From NCBI GenBank assembly GCA_013239625.1, contig MU054204.1, positions 520,879-584,878 on the forward strand: DNA of 64,000 bases. Reading direction: 5' to 3'. Both the position numbers and the translations under genes were made by a program. The notes below the pieces were generated by a model. It made no database searches. It was not told the DNA's origin and saw only the letters and a program-made list of their open reading frames with translations. Each line of letters starts with the position of its first letter. The first letter of the stretch is position 1. The DNA is from Lama guanicoe (Eukaryota). This document shows, in pieces, positions 1 to 11,960 of this stretch.

Positions 1-59
1 AGACTTTCCACATTGCGATGGAGAGGATTTACACAGCCCCTGCCTCACAACCCCCAACT

Positions 60-310
60 CAGCACGGCGCTCTGGGAGTTTGAATGACACAAGTTCTAAA
101 TGTCTGTTTCACCACCAATTATCTCTGTGACCTAAGACATAGCACTTAATCTCAATGGACTTGTGTGTTCTCATCTTTAAAAGGTTAGGGAGTGGGGATG
201 TGGGATGAAAGTCCAGACTTGCTCGGCCTCACACATTTGTTGTGAGGCTCAAGTGAGATAATATATGTGAACATCCTTTAAAAAGCAAAGGCATTATATG
301 AACACAAGGT
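60..310 (+). mobile_element. MIR-like SINE relic
   Basis: ctgtgacct...cacttaatctc...ctcatctttaaa...ttgttgtgaggctcaagtgagataatatatgtgaa resembles the MIR core. Confidence 0.7.
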
Positions 311-3240
311 ATTAACTTTTTAAGTCCTAATCCTGGAGCAATTAAATCCTAGGAGACTAGAGCAAGTGAAAAATAACAGTTTTGCATTTTAAGCCCATTG
401 AAATGAATTGTCTGAACCCTCTACCTTCCTCAGTAAATGCTGTTCTTCATCCCATCTCTTTATTTTATTTAGTAGAGTATTATAAAGGTTGTTATTTTGG
501 CTTTGCACTTTGCCAAGGTGGCAGAAGTCGGGGAAGTTGGCAGCTGCTAAGACTCAGGAAAGGCACCTATTTCTTCCCTAAATTGCTCTAGAAGGGAGGG
601 CTGAGGAAAATTGAAGCTATTGGTCAAAGGAGAAAAAGGGCTTCCACTCAAGCTCTGCAGTGTCACACCCTCATTCAATAATGAAAAGAAAATGAAAAAA
701 AAGAGGGATAAGAGCTTTAATTTTGCCACATTTCTCAAGTTTTCTCTCCTTTGCCTCTCCAGAGTTCCTAATGCACCTAAAATCAAAGAATCTCTGACTT
801 GGATGGACTTTATTTTGGGTGGAATCAGATAAATGTTGGGGGTGGGGTGAGGTAGCACATTACATACTCAAAGATATGAGCCCACTGTACTGATCTACCC
901 TTCATCCAGCCCAATTGGGTAACATGTATAACAAATCCAAAAGTCCCACTTTAGGGACTGTGCCTGTCCTGGGACATCCAGAACCATGTCCACCCAAGCC
1001 TCTGTGGAGATGGTCGTCATTCTTATTCTTACGTAGCTCTTGGCCCTTATATCAGTATTGTTCAATTAGAAAAGCACCTCTTAGGAGATCATCAATCATC
1101 TGAAATATCAAATACTGTTTAAAAGCAATGCAGAATAAAAAAAGACACCCTAACTGGTAACCTTCAATGAATCACCCATTTAGCAGAAAATTCCTGAATC
1201 CTTACTATGGCCTCAGCCCCTGGTTAGGTTTTGAGGAAAATACACCAGCATCTAAGTAAATCTCTCTCTGTTAAGAGACCAGTAGACTATAGGGGAGAGG
1301 AAGGTATAGATAAGATACAGCAAATATGCCTCCCTAAGTCAGGCACCAATGAACACATTCTAACCAACCTCCCCTGTGTCCCCTCTCCATGGTCCCGTGT
1401 AAAGCATTGTATTCAATGCTGGGCTGAGGGGAGGCTAAAAAGTAAAACAAAACCTTGCTATAACATAAGCTAATAAGGCAGCTTATGATGTGCTGAGAAT
1501 TTTTTAAATTAAATTAATCATAACAATCCAGCCAGTATATCTCTAGTAACCCACCATCATGGAGCAAAAGCCATGCACAAACAACTACTTCAACTTTCAT
1601 CTTCAAACTAACCTTGCACCAAGAGTTTACATCATACATTTTGGACTCCTTCTGATTAAGTATAGAACTATAGATGAGTATCAATGACCATATATAAAAC
1701 AATAGCTCCAAGTTGTCCCCTGGTGGTGTCCTGCTTGATGACACCCAGTCTATGCCCAACCCCACCCCATCATTCTCCCCAAGAGGCCCTTCTACTCAAG
1801 ACTCTCTGCCTTCAGCCCTTCTAACTATATGCCAGGGCCTAGTGAAAATGAGATTTAAATGTGAGCTAATGGCCCCTTCTAAGGACAGAGATGTCATCAA
1901 AGTCTGAAAGCCTGAAAAGTAAGCCCCAAGCATAGGCTTACTGGCTGGTTAGATCTGGCATTTGTATGTTTCAGTCCTGAACCCTTAGGGTTAAAAGCAG
2001 CTTGGCTGCTTAAGTGTGGGATAGAATAAAGGCGAAAAACCCCCAAGGAGGATGAAGAGGATGAGCCCTTTGTGTGGGTTTACTGGAAGGAGGCCTGCCA
2101 TCATTGAGGGACTTGATAGACAGGGCTCACCTCCCCTGGGCTTCTCCAGCCCCAGAGGTTAGGGATGGTCCCCGCACTAGCTTAATAGCTGCCAAGCAGT
2201 ACTATAACCCTTCTCCAAAAGAGTGGGCTTAGACTGTGATGCTGCAGTGAGGATCTGGGAAATGCAGATCTCATCAGAGATTCTGGTCTTCGGAGGGGGC
2301 TAGGTGAGACTGTCTTTTGTGGCGTTATTTACTGCTGGGACGTGGTGTGGTGTAGGGAACAGAAAAATGTTGCAGGTTCTAGAAAATTCCGGGTGGGTCA
2401 GTGTCAGCTGGCAAAAGAAGAGGGATGAGTGAAGAATATGGTCTGGGAGGAGATGGTGGAAGGAGGGGCTGCAGAAGGAGGGCTGCCATCCACAACTGCA
2501 GCGTTATGTGTGTCGGAGATAAATTCACTTGTCATATTTCAAATTAGGTTTATAGGTGCTCCTTCCCCCATCCCCCCACTCAGTAGTGGCTTAACGGGTG
2601 GTCTTCTCAATCATTAACTGCAATTTTGCAGTGTATTGGCGTCTAAAGTCTAGGTCTGACTGAGGTGATGGTTTGTATGTATGTGTACGTGACTAACAAT
2701 CGAGAGAGCTTCTAAAGTCTCCCGATGTGGTGGGAAGGGTGCTGCGGCAGGGACTGGCCGTTCTCTTCGCAAGAGAATCTTCCATCCCTAATTTCAGAGC
2801 GCTTCCGAGGTATCAGGAGGTGAAAAAGGTGTCGGTGTTGCAGTGAATTTCCCCCAGCCCAAGATACACACACATATATACACATTAACAAGTTCGGTAA
2901 AAAAGTCCTCTTGATGCCTGGGAAGTCCAGCTGAAAGCAAAAGGCAGTCTCCCATGGCAAAGGCGAGCCAGACAGACGCCCCGATCGCTGCGGAGACCCG
3001 GGCAGCCTCCCCTCTGGAGCGCGCAGCCCAGCCGCCGCTACCCGGGCACTCTTGCCTCACTCTCCGGGCTACATCTGCAGGCTGCAGAAAGCCAGGGCTC
3101 CCACCCACCCTCAGCACACACCTTTCCCGAAGCATCCCCAAACCCTGTACCCAAAGGCAAACCCGCTCTAATCTGGCAAAGCTCCGAAACGCAAAAACTG
3201 AGAGGGGGAACAAATTCTACTTCAATTCAGGGACTTGCAT

Positions 3241-3242
<2 letters not shown>

Positions 3243-3292
<50 letters not shown>
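3243..3292. repeat. (CA)n microsatellite in the promoter
   Basis: About 25 uninterrupted CA units. Confidence 0.97.
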
Positions 3293-3294
<2 letters not shown>

Positions 3295-3598
3295 TTTACT
3301 TCAACCCAAAAGACTGAACACACACACTCACATCCCAACCCCGTGCCCCTTAATTTCTTTTCCCAAGTTAGAAAAAAGGGTTACTTGCCCACAGAGGCTT
3401 GGAGATGGGGGGCAAGAGGTTGGTCCGAGGCTAGGTTCACCTGCTGCTGAGGTGAGAGAGCAGACACAGGATGAAAGCTGTTCTGAGCAGCAGCTCACAG
3501 CTGAGTGGTTAGGGGGATTGCAAAGACCCTCAAGTTCGCCTAGAGCTTTTTTTATTTTCCAATCGCGTCACTAAAGGGTTAAACGCGGCCGAGCTCCA

Positions 3599-3655
3599 AC
3601 CGCCCCCACCTCCACCCCCCCCCCCCCCCCCCCCCCCCAACCCCCCTCCCCTCCC
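3599..3655. repeat. Poly-C tract (G-rich on minus strand)
   Basis: C run of over 20 nt with flanking CCC runs. Confidence 0.95.
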
Positions 3656-3830
3656 GCGCGTCGCTAGGAGGTCATCAAGCGCTCTGTCCAGTCCGCGTTC
3701 GCAAGCCCCTCTGCTTCCCGCCCATCGGGCCCGTGGCTGCTTACGAAGAGGTGTGCGCTCACCGAGGGGCGTGTTCCAGCTCTGGGAGACGCCGAGCACC
3801 CCCGAGTTAGTCCTCAGAGCGGAGCCAGCC

Positions 3831-3911
3831 ATGGAGCGGGGCGGGGGAAAGTTTGGCACCCTGCAAGGGGTTGTCGAACTGGGGTGGGCGGGGCGCCCGA
3901 GGGTACTTTAG
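3831..3911 (+). other. Upstream ORF of 26 codons (MERGGGKFGTLQGVVELGWAGRPRVL*), in frame with the DGKK ATG
   Basis: ccagccATGg strong Kozak; TAG at 3909-3911; functional only if transcription starts upstream of 3831. Confidence 0.5.
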
Positions 3912-3962
3912 CCCTCCGAATTCAGGGGCGCCGGCTGCCGGGACCTGAGGCGGTGCGCGGCC

Positions 3963-4595
3963 ATGGACCGCGGAGCGGCCGCGGCCCAGGGCACTGCCCC
4001 GCCTCAGGATGGAGAGCAGCCCGCGGAGTCTCCGGAGCCGCCGCCGCCGCCGCCGCAGCCGCCGCCGCCACTGCCGCCGGCGCGGGCTCCTCCGCTGCTC
4101 CACGCGCCTTCGCCAGAACCGGCACCTCAGTTCTGTCCAGAGCCTGCTCCAGAACCCGGTCCGGAGGCGAGCCCAGAACCAGCCACAGAACTCGACACAA
4201 AACCGATCCCAGAACCAGATACAGAACCGGCCCCAGAGCCGACCCCTGAACCAGCCCTAGAACTAGACACAGAACCGATCTCAGAACCAGCCACAGAACC
4301 GGCCCCGGAGCCGGCTCCTGAACCAGCCCCAGATCCGGCCCCCAAGCCGGTCCAGGAACCAGCCCCAGATCCGGCCCCAGAGCGGATCCCAGTACCAGCC
4401 GTAGAACCGGCCCCCAAGCCGGTCCCAGAACCAGCCACAGAACCAGCCACAGAGTCCTGCCCTGAGCCGGCTCAAGTGTCCCGTCCGGAGCCGAGCCCAG
4501 CACCACGTCTATTGCAGTGTCCGGTGGTCGCTCCAGAGAAGGGTCTAAAGACCTCGCCATCGCCCCGAACGCCAGTGCCGTTGTCCAGTATAAAG
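3963..4595 (+). CDS. DGKK: Diacylglycerol kinase kappa, coding exon 1 (211 aa; Pro-rich region and EPAP repeats)
   Basis: gccATGg start; translation MDRGAAAAQGTAPPQDGEQPAESPEPPPP...(EPAP)n...LLQCPV...KTSPSPRTP..SIK matches the DGKK N-terminus as I recall it; donor AAG|gtaaga at 4595/4596, phase 0. Confidence 0.96.
4116..4499 (+). repeat. Coding 12-bp minisatellite, 32 EPAP-type tetrapeptide units
   Basis: Unit ~GAACCGGCCCCA; units counted from the translation (EPAP QFCP ... VSRP EPSP). Confidence 0.9.
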
Positions 4596-7500
4596 GTAAG
4601 AAAAAGACCCCCTGGGGCGGGAGGGAAAGAAGCCAGGCGAGGCCGGATGGCTACCCGACTCGCGGGACTCTGGGCATCCTTAGCATCACATTTGGCTGCT
4701 ACTGGCTAGCAAAGATGCTCAGAAAGATGCGGGGATAGGGGAGCCCGGGGGAGTGGGAAGCGGTTAGGAGGCGGGAAGCAACATGTGGAAGTGAGAGTGG
4801 GCTGTTTGGGGCTAGAAACGGAGGTGATGGCATGGGTTGGGAGTCGGAGCAGTTTTCCCCATGAGAAGTGACAGTGCGTGAGCGCCTATATCTTGAAAAA
4901 GAAGAGGAACACGGCCCAGGCGGCGCAAGAGACCTCGAGAGGTGTTTGTGGCTCGCCCAGGGTACACAGGGATGGGATTGAGTGAGGGCGGTGGGACACA
5001 CCTCTTAGCCGCGGTCACTGCCGCAGAGGCCCAAGCTGCGGAGCCGCAACCGTCTGCTCGGCCCCCTCCCTGCCACTGGGGAAGGGGTCCTCAGCTGGGG
5101 CGCAACTGGCAGCGCTCCAGGGAGGGGACCGGAGTCTCCGTGGGCTGCTGGGCGCTGGTACTCAGGGTGGGGATGAGGGGTTGGGCGGCGCCCACGCGCA
5201 CTGCAGGGGAAGGGCAGGGTTCGCAGGGGAGGAGGGGGAGAGCATGCGTGTGTCGAAGCCACCATTCCATCTGTCTGCAGGATTTCCCGGCAGGTAGGTG
5301 CAAACACAGTGATACAGTGATGGGCCGCGTCACAAACGGGCGACTGGCATCCCGCACCGCAGCCAGTTGCAAAGGTACAGGAGTCCCGGTTTAGAGACAC
5401 GAAAATGGGAGTTGGTATTTGAGAGCGTTATGAATGGGAACCCTTATCTCTTCCAGTCTTCAGAGATGCCTTCGTAAACGTTGCACTTAGCCGGGAGAAG
5501 ACCAGTGGAGGATCCTCGGTCACCCGCCCAGGGGGAGGAGGGAGGAAGAGGGTTTTCGGTGTTTGCCTTGGACCTCTGAAACCCCGTCCACTCTTCAGAA
5601 AGAGCCTGTCTGTCTTTCTTGCTTTCTCTGTGCACCCCCTACTCTTCGTTTTCCCCAAACTTCATTCCACGAGACTGTGAAAATCATAGTCACGCATACA
5701 TAGACTTTCATTTAGCTTCTCCCGAAAGGAAAACAAAACAAAACACGGAAACAAACAAGTAACACACCATACCAACAATGCCCGTCCATCCTGCTGCCTA
5801 GCAGGGCAGAGGGACATGGCTCTGGAATCGTTCTGCTCTGCACTGCACACTTGTAGAATGTAGGGGAAGGGGGCAGAGGTTGGCATCTAGAAATGGAAAT
5901 GAAAACGCCGGTTCCTTCCTCGTTTATGGGTAGGGAGGCTCGAATTCGCAAAATAACTGCAATGATAAATTACTGAAAAGAGAGGAAAGCTAAAGGGGAA
6001 AGTTTCACAGGGAAAAAAAGTGCAGAGGTTTGAAAAGAAAGAAAATAGAACTGTAGGGGACTCAGACATTTTTTTGTTAATCTTAACAACTCCGCTCTCC
6101 CGAGGGGATGAATCTCTCCCTCTTCCTGCAGCAACCTTTTCCTGCAGTGATCTCTGAAAGAGAAAGGGAAGAGCAGCTAGACCTGGGAGTTCACCCTAGC
6201 CAGGTGCTTGCTCTTGTTTTTCTGGAAGAGTTTGCATAAAGCTGGTGAGAGCGTGTGCAACAGGGACCACCTGACCTGTGGCCTTCTTAAATGAGATTCC
6301 TGGAACCTGGCTGAGAAAATGACACCTGGGGGCTTAATTTCCAGGCTGGTCAGCGAATGTATGGCCTCTTTGGCCTCTGGAAGACTGACTGGAGGCCAGG
6401 AGCTCAAAGGATGAGCCCTGTGACTGTGGGAAAGTGTGTCCCACCAGCTTGACAAAAAAAAAATGTCTATTGCCAGGCAAATAAGGAGGATCAAGGTAAG
6501 GGGAACCGGGTTAGCTTCCTCTACATAGTATCCACTCAGGTATGCTGGCCAACTGACCAAGCACTTGTCAGTGGACCAGGATCACCCCTCCTACCCCAGT
6601 CTCCAGGTTTGATTTTGCCAAGTAGAGCTGGTCATTTATTTATTCAGTCACTTATCTTGTAGAGTAGGTTTAAGAACCCTGACCATCTGCTAAGAGGGCC
6701 ATACAAATGAACCCATCAGTGGCTCTAAAGGATTTTGAAGGATGCAAAGATCTGGGTAAATGCTAAAATTGCTGAAAGCAGAACCCTTCTCCAATACCCT
6801 AGGTGTTGCTATGCAATTGCTCCCTGGTGCAGATGAGAACATTTGATCTTCAGTGATAGGACCATTCTCTGCTGCATTCTCCTCAGGCGAATAGCATCCG
6901 TAACCAGCTGACTTGCATCTTAACATTCAAGGCAAACAGGTTGCCATCTTAGCTATGGTGGCATTGTTCTCAGACACTGCCTCCTTGAGGCAAGCTTGGG
7001 GAATGACATATATATATATATACACATAAATATTCACGTACACACAATCTCAGAGATAAAACAAAATATAGCTCTCATCGCACAATGAAATCTTATGTGG
7101 TAAGGGACAGTCAGTACCTGTAGCATGAATGAAACTAGCCTGATAAGTCAAAGGATAAAATGAGCAAAACCAAGAGTTTGGATGTGACTGCAGGTTTCTC
7201 CCAGGTAACTTTGCCGACCTGCATAGCAACAACAACAACAATAACATCTCCAGTGTGTGGTCTGCTCTCTTTTGGGGTTCAGAACTTGCTGGTTGCAAAT
7301 CTATGCCAAGCATGAGGGTAGGGACTGAGAAAAGGGGGCTCACGTTTTCTTTTTGAATAGCTACCAGGATAACAGTCTGTGAACCAAAGCTGTCGATTTC
7401 CTTCCTTTCTGAAAATGGCTTGATTTCCAGGAAGTGAGCCGGGGGTCTCCCACCTGCTGGCAGCAAGTGTGAGTAAAGATGTGTGAATTGGTTCTTTAAT

Positions 7501-8999
7501 GATGCTATGACCCTCTTGCCGGGAGTGGGGCTTACACGTGGATCTGTTTCTCTCCTCTCAGCTGTGATTGAAGATAGACAGTTTATATTTTTATTCATTG
7601 GGTTTTGACCAGCTATGAAATTATAATCACACCATACAGGTGATTGATGAAAATCTAAGAAGAAAGACACTTTTGTGGCTTTTATTTCTGGGATGGGGAG
7701 GGTCTCCCTCCAGATGACTACATGGCAATTACTATTATACCCCAAACCATAACAGAACAGTTTCCTGGTATTTTTTTGCACACATTTTCTCACAAAGTAG
7801 CAAGCATTTGCTTATATGACATCTAGTTATTCTTGCCTGAATGCTTTATTATCTTACCCAAGTCTGAGCTTCTCAAAGGTAGATGCTGTCTCTCCCACCC
7901 AGTGCCTGATACAATTCAGTCCTCCCTATTTTTGCTCAATAAACACTTGCTGAAACTTGAAACCCATCAATTCCATTTTCAGCAATGACGTAGAGACTGC
8001 TGCTGTGAATGAATAAAAATGCATTTTCACTCATTTCTGAGTGAGAAGTAAATGCTTATTTAAAAAGCCTGGAATATATAGCCCTTAAGGAAATGCAGTC
8101 AATCTTTCCATTTTCAGAATGGATGTTAGAACCATAATTAAGAAGCAAATTAGTAACAATTAAAGAAAATGATTTGGAAGGTGTCCTTATCCCCTGCAGT
8201 CCCAGGAGCAGCAGACTAATGATGATGTTGTTGGTTTCAGGGGTAATAAATTTTTTTTCTAAGTGAACAGAATATCTGCAGTGACTGTAAACAGCTTCAG
8301 GACTGTAGAGTTGAATATTTAACCTGTTGAAGGTCAGGATGAAATTACTTTCTTTCCTCATGTGTTCTTTCCCCGCTCCTTGCCAGGTTTTGATGATACT
8401 ATATGATTTATTTGATATATTCTGAGAGCTCCTGAGTGTTTTCTGCAGGATGTTCTGGAAAAAAAAAGATAATGAGATATTTGGTCAGTGGTCTTTCTTT
8501 TCTGAGAATAGAGTTCTTCTGTGTTTATTAAAATCGCTAACTGGGGCTTCTGCAGAACTGCAGCCCAAAAGGCAAGGCTGAGCCGTCAGTTATCCAAAGT
8601 GCTTCCAGGGAAGGGGAAAAAATCCGTAGAGTCCAGAAAACCATTCAGGGGCATTAAAATAAATATTATATAATCTCTATTGCTGGCATGGCACTTTACA
8701 GTTTGCAGGATGCTTTCCGCTGTATTATTAACTCTTTTATTCCCCGGAAGAAGAGGGCAGGGTGGGAGAGAGCAAAAATAGGACTGGACACCTAATAGGC
8801 TATAACTATTAATTTAGCTTTTGTGGATTTTTAGACATATCCAATGTCTGGCTTTCTGTGACACATAGGATCCTCATTTGTCTGAAAACAATCTTTAAGC
8901 TGACATTCCATCAGCCTTGATTTTTTCCCAAAACAGTGATGGTTGTTCCCTGTCTGATGCTCCCAGAGGGGTCCATAATAGAACAGGAGCCTGAGAAGG

Positions 9000-11960
9000 A
9001 AGAGGAGGTACAAGACCCTGAACCTATTACTCCCAAAGAAGCCCCCATTTTCTGGAAAGAAAATAAATAAAAATCCTGCTAGGGATACGGTTCCCAACCT
9101 TTTCAACTGTAATTCTCTCAGTGGGGGAAAGAAAAAAACTTTTTAAGCATTTAAGAAGAAAGCAGCCATTCCTAAAGGGAGATGCCCCCACCCTCACCAA
9201 AGCAAATAAACCTTATTCTCAAAATAGAAAAACAAATCTACAAATTTAAAAAAAGAGAGAGAGAAAGGGACAGTGATCCCAGATAATGAAACTTATCCTC
9301 CCCCTGAAAATTATTTTAAGAAAAAAGAAGAAATTCTAAAGGGAGGTGCTCTTCACCCTCAACAAAACCCATGAAACTTCTATCCCCAAGAGAAAAAAAA
9401 ATTAAATGAAAAGAATGAGACAGCATCTCAAGGTTAAACAGCATTTCTAAAATTTCTTGAAATTTATAAACTATTTGCACATCATAGCCCATGCCCAATT
9501 CCTCACAAAAATTATGGAGGCAAAAATAAATCTTCCCAAGTGTCCAGCAATCTCACTAAAGTTCCCTAATGTTATTTCTTCCAGTTATAAGAAATATCCA
9601 AAATAGGCAAATCCTTAGAGACAGAAAGTAGATTAGTGGTGGCCAGGAGCTGGGGGAAGGGAGAGGGAAGTGTGAGTGATATCTAAAGGGTTTCTTTGGG
9701 GGATGATAAAAAATGTTCTGAAATTAGATAGTGGTGGTGTTTGCATGATTTTGTGAATATACTAAAAACCACTGACTTGTACACTTTAAAATGGTGACTT
9801 TTGTGATATGTGAATTATATATCTATTTAAAAATGAGTAAAAGAAAGCAATCATTCCTCCAACTATATAATGATGAACCTACTACCTTCCCACAAATAAA
9901 CAAAGGAACACATGAATAAATAAGGAAAAAAGAAATTTTAAAAAGGGGAATCCTCTTAAGGGCATGGCCTCACCAAGAAAAATAACTTTTATTCACCATC
10001 CCACACACACACACACGCACAATTTTTCTTCTTTTGAGAAAAACAAACAAAAAAGGAAATATTTTCAAGGGCAGATACTTTCAAAATCACCAAAGTCAAT
10101 GAAACTTACAATCTCTCCACCTCAGATAAACAAATACATTTTAATTTAACAAAAAGAAAGAAATATTAAAAGGATAGGGTCCTTGATCTTACCAAATCTC
10201 CTGAAGCTTTAACTCCCCCCAAAAGAGAGAAAAAGAAACAAAAGATATAAATCCCTACTAGGGGAGATGTCCCATCCTCAGCAAAGCCCATGAATATTAT
10301 CTCAAAATATAATTTTTTTAAGATTTATTTTTTAAACTTCTAACATTTATTTATTAATATTTAACAAGTGCTTTACTATGAAAACTTTCTCAATGTCCAT
10401 GATATAGTGCACTTTTACAATCCAATAAACAACTCAAGGAATCATCCTACTATTTTTGTGGAAAATCCACAGCCATTTTTTTTTTTTGGTAGTAATTGGA
10501 TCCAACAGTATTATAATTCTAATGAACAAGTTAAATCAGGGATCTCTAAATTTTGAAATCCCGGTATTAATCAACTACAAATAAGTATTAAAAGAAAATT
10601 AATAATGGAAAAGCATCTATGTTAGTAGAGGAGATAATATCAATGAAATGAAAACAAAATCCTCTTAAAGAAAAATGCTCCAGGCTCGCAAAGACACATG
10701 CATTTTTTTGTCAAAACACAACCAAAGCAAATGCAAAAGAAGTTTTTAAAAAAGAAAAAAAAAGGAAATTCTTCTAATAAGAGGTGACTCTAATTTATCC
10801 ACACCAAAAAAAGCTTTGTTCTTAACACAGGAATTTTAAACTTGGAAGGAAAAGATAGTAGAGAAACAGAAGCAAGACCAAGAAAATCCTCTTAAGGAAA
10901 GATGTCCCCAGTCTCCACAAAGCCCCCTTTTTTTCTCAAAACAAGAAAATACATTTAGAATCAGATGGTACAGAAGGAAGAAAATGAATTGGCTACTTTA
11001 AAAGAAAAACCTCATTTTGGGGGAATGAAGATGCCCCAAAACTCACCAAAGTCCCTGAACATTTTTCTCCAAGCAAAAACATAAATATAAATAAATAAAT
11101 AAATAAATAAATAAAATAAATAAATAAATAAATAAATAAATAAAAGGTAGAGGAGGGAGGGAGGGAAGAGAAGGAAGAAGAAAATAAACTAAGGGATAAT
11201 TTTTAGAAGGCAGAAATTCTCCTCAGGGAAGATGAACCCATGCCTTATTGAAAATCATGTATATGATTCCTGATAATCAACCCACTCTACCCCCCACAAA
11301 TAGGAGACAAGAGCCATCAGATCTCTTTCTAAAGCTTCTTCAAAGGGAGATGCACCCAATCTCACCAAAACTCAGGTACCTTGTTTAGCTTCCAGCCTTT
11401 AAGTATTTCTTTTTTTCAATAAAAGAAAAGAAAAAGAAATTCTTTCAAAGAGAGATGTTCCCAATCGTGTTTCTTCCAAATATATTATTTATTTTAAAGA
11501 AAAGGAAAGAAAGAAAAATCCTCCTGAGGAGGGCTCCCCAACATCATTTAAACCAGTGGCCCTTATAGCTCCTCTCCACAAAATCTAGTTTTTAAAAATT
11601 GGAAAGCCTCCATACCTAAAGAGAGGTGCTCCCTCAACCCTACCAAAAGCAAGGATTCTTTTCCCCAGAGATGCTTAAAAAAAATCCTTCCATCACAAAA
11701 GATACCTTCAATTTCACTAAAATCAACAGATTTTATTCCTCCCCACACCCAAGAGGAAAAAAAAAAGAGAGAATTTTAAGAGGAAAAGAAGAGAAACTCT
11801 CCTAACCTAAGGCAAGTTGGCCATAATCTCACCAACACTCTTGAACTTGATTCCCCTAAAGAGATTTTTTTTAAAGAGCAGAAAAAGAGGTGGGGGGAAG
11901 GCCTGTCTTTTAGGGAAAAGTACCCTCTCCACCCACCCCACTCTAAAGACTAGAAAGTAT
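9000..11960. repeat. Degenerate tandem array: ~50-bp motif plus A-rich spacer, about 20 or more units
   Basis: Recurrent AAATCCTCTTAARGGGAGATGYCCCCAATCTCACCAAAGYCCMTGAAC-like motif near 9071, 9171, 9331, 9531, 9949, 10061, 10165, 10251, 10658, 10767, 10885, 11008, 11215, 11333, 11438, 11517, 11610, 11682, 11795, 11905. Confidence 0.8.
9590..9832 (+). mobile_element. Old L1M (L1MB/MC-like) 3' end interrupting the array
   Basis: ataggcaaatcc..agagacagaaagtagattagtggt...ttctgaaattagatagtggtg...gtacactttaaaatggtga...tgtgaattatat. Confidence 0.85.

Larger units (their letters stand above)
2940..5400. promoter_or_regulatory. CpG-island promoter region of DGKK spanning exon 1
   Basis: High GC and CpG density against CpG-poor flanks; GC boxes (ggggtgggcggggc near 3881); exact TSS not determinable. 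Confidence 0.85.

Noticed and set aside
2954..3574. 206-aa ORF upstream of DGKK
   Set aside because: Runs through the (CA)n repeat (THTHTH); no recognisable protein.
3807..4560. Overlapping antisense and alternative-frame ORFs across exon 1
   Set aside because: By-products of a GC-rich 12-bp repeat lacking stop codons; low-complexity translations.
4596..4709. ORF-track extension of the 248-aa ORF past the exon 1 donor
   Set aside because: Read-through into intron 1; similarity to DGKK stops at the AAG|gtaaga donor and resumes at 53681.
7050..7793. 247-aa minus-strand ORF
   Set aside because: Non-ATG start, no recognisable domain, composition typical of noncoding DNA; a BLASTP would settle it.
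9000..11960. Array as CRISPR-like, snoRNA cluster or coding repeat
   Set aside because: Eukaryotic context; repeats are highly diverged, spacers are low-complexity, there are no consistent C/D boxes and no open frame.
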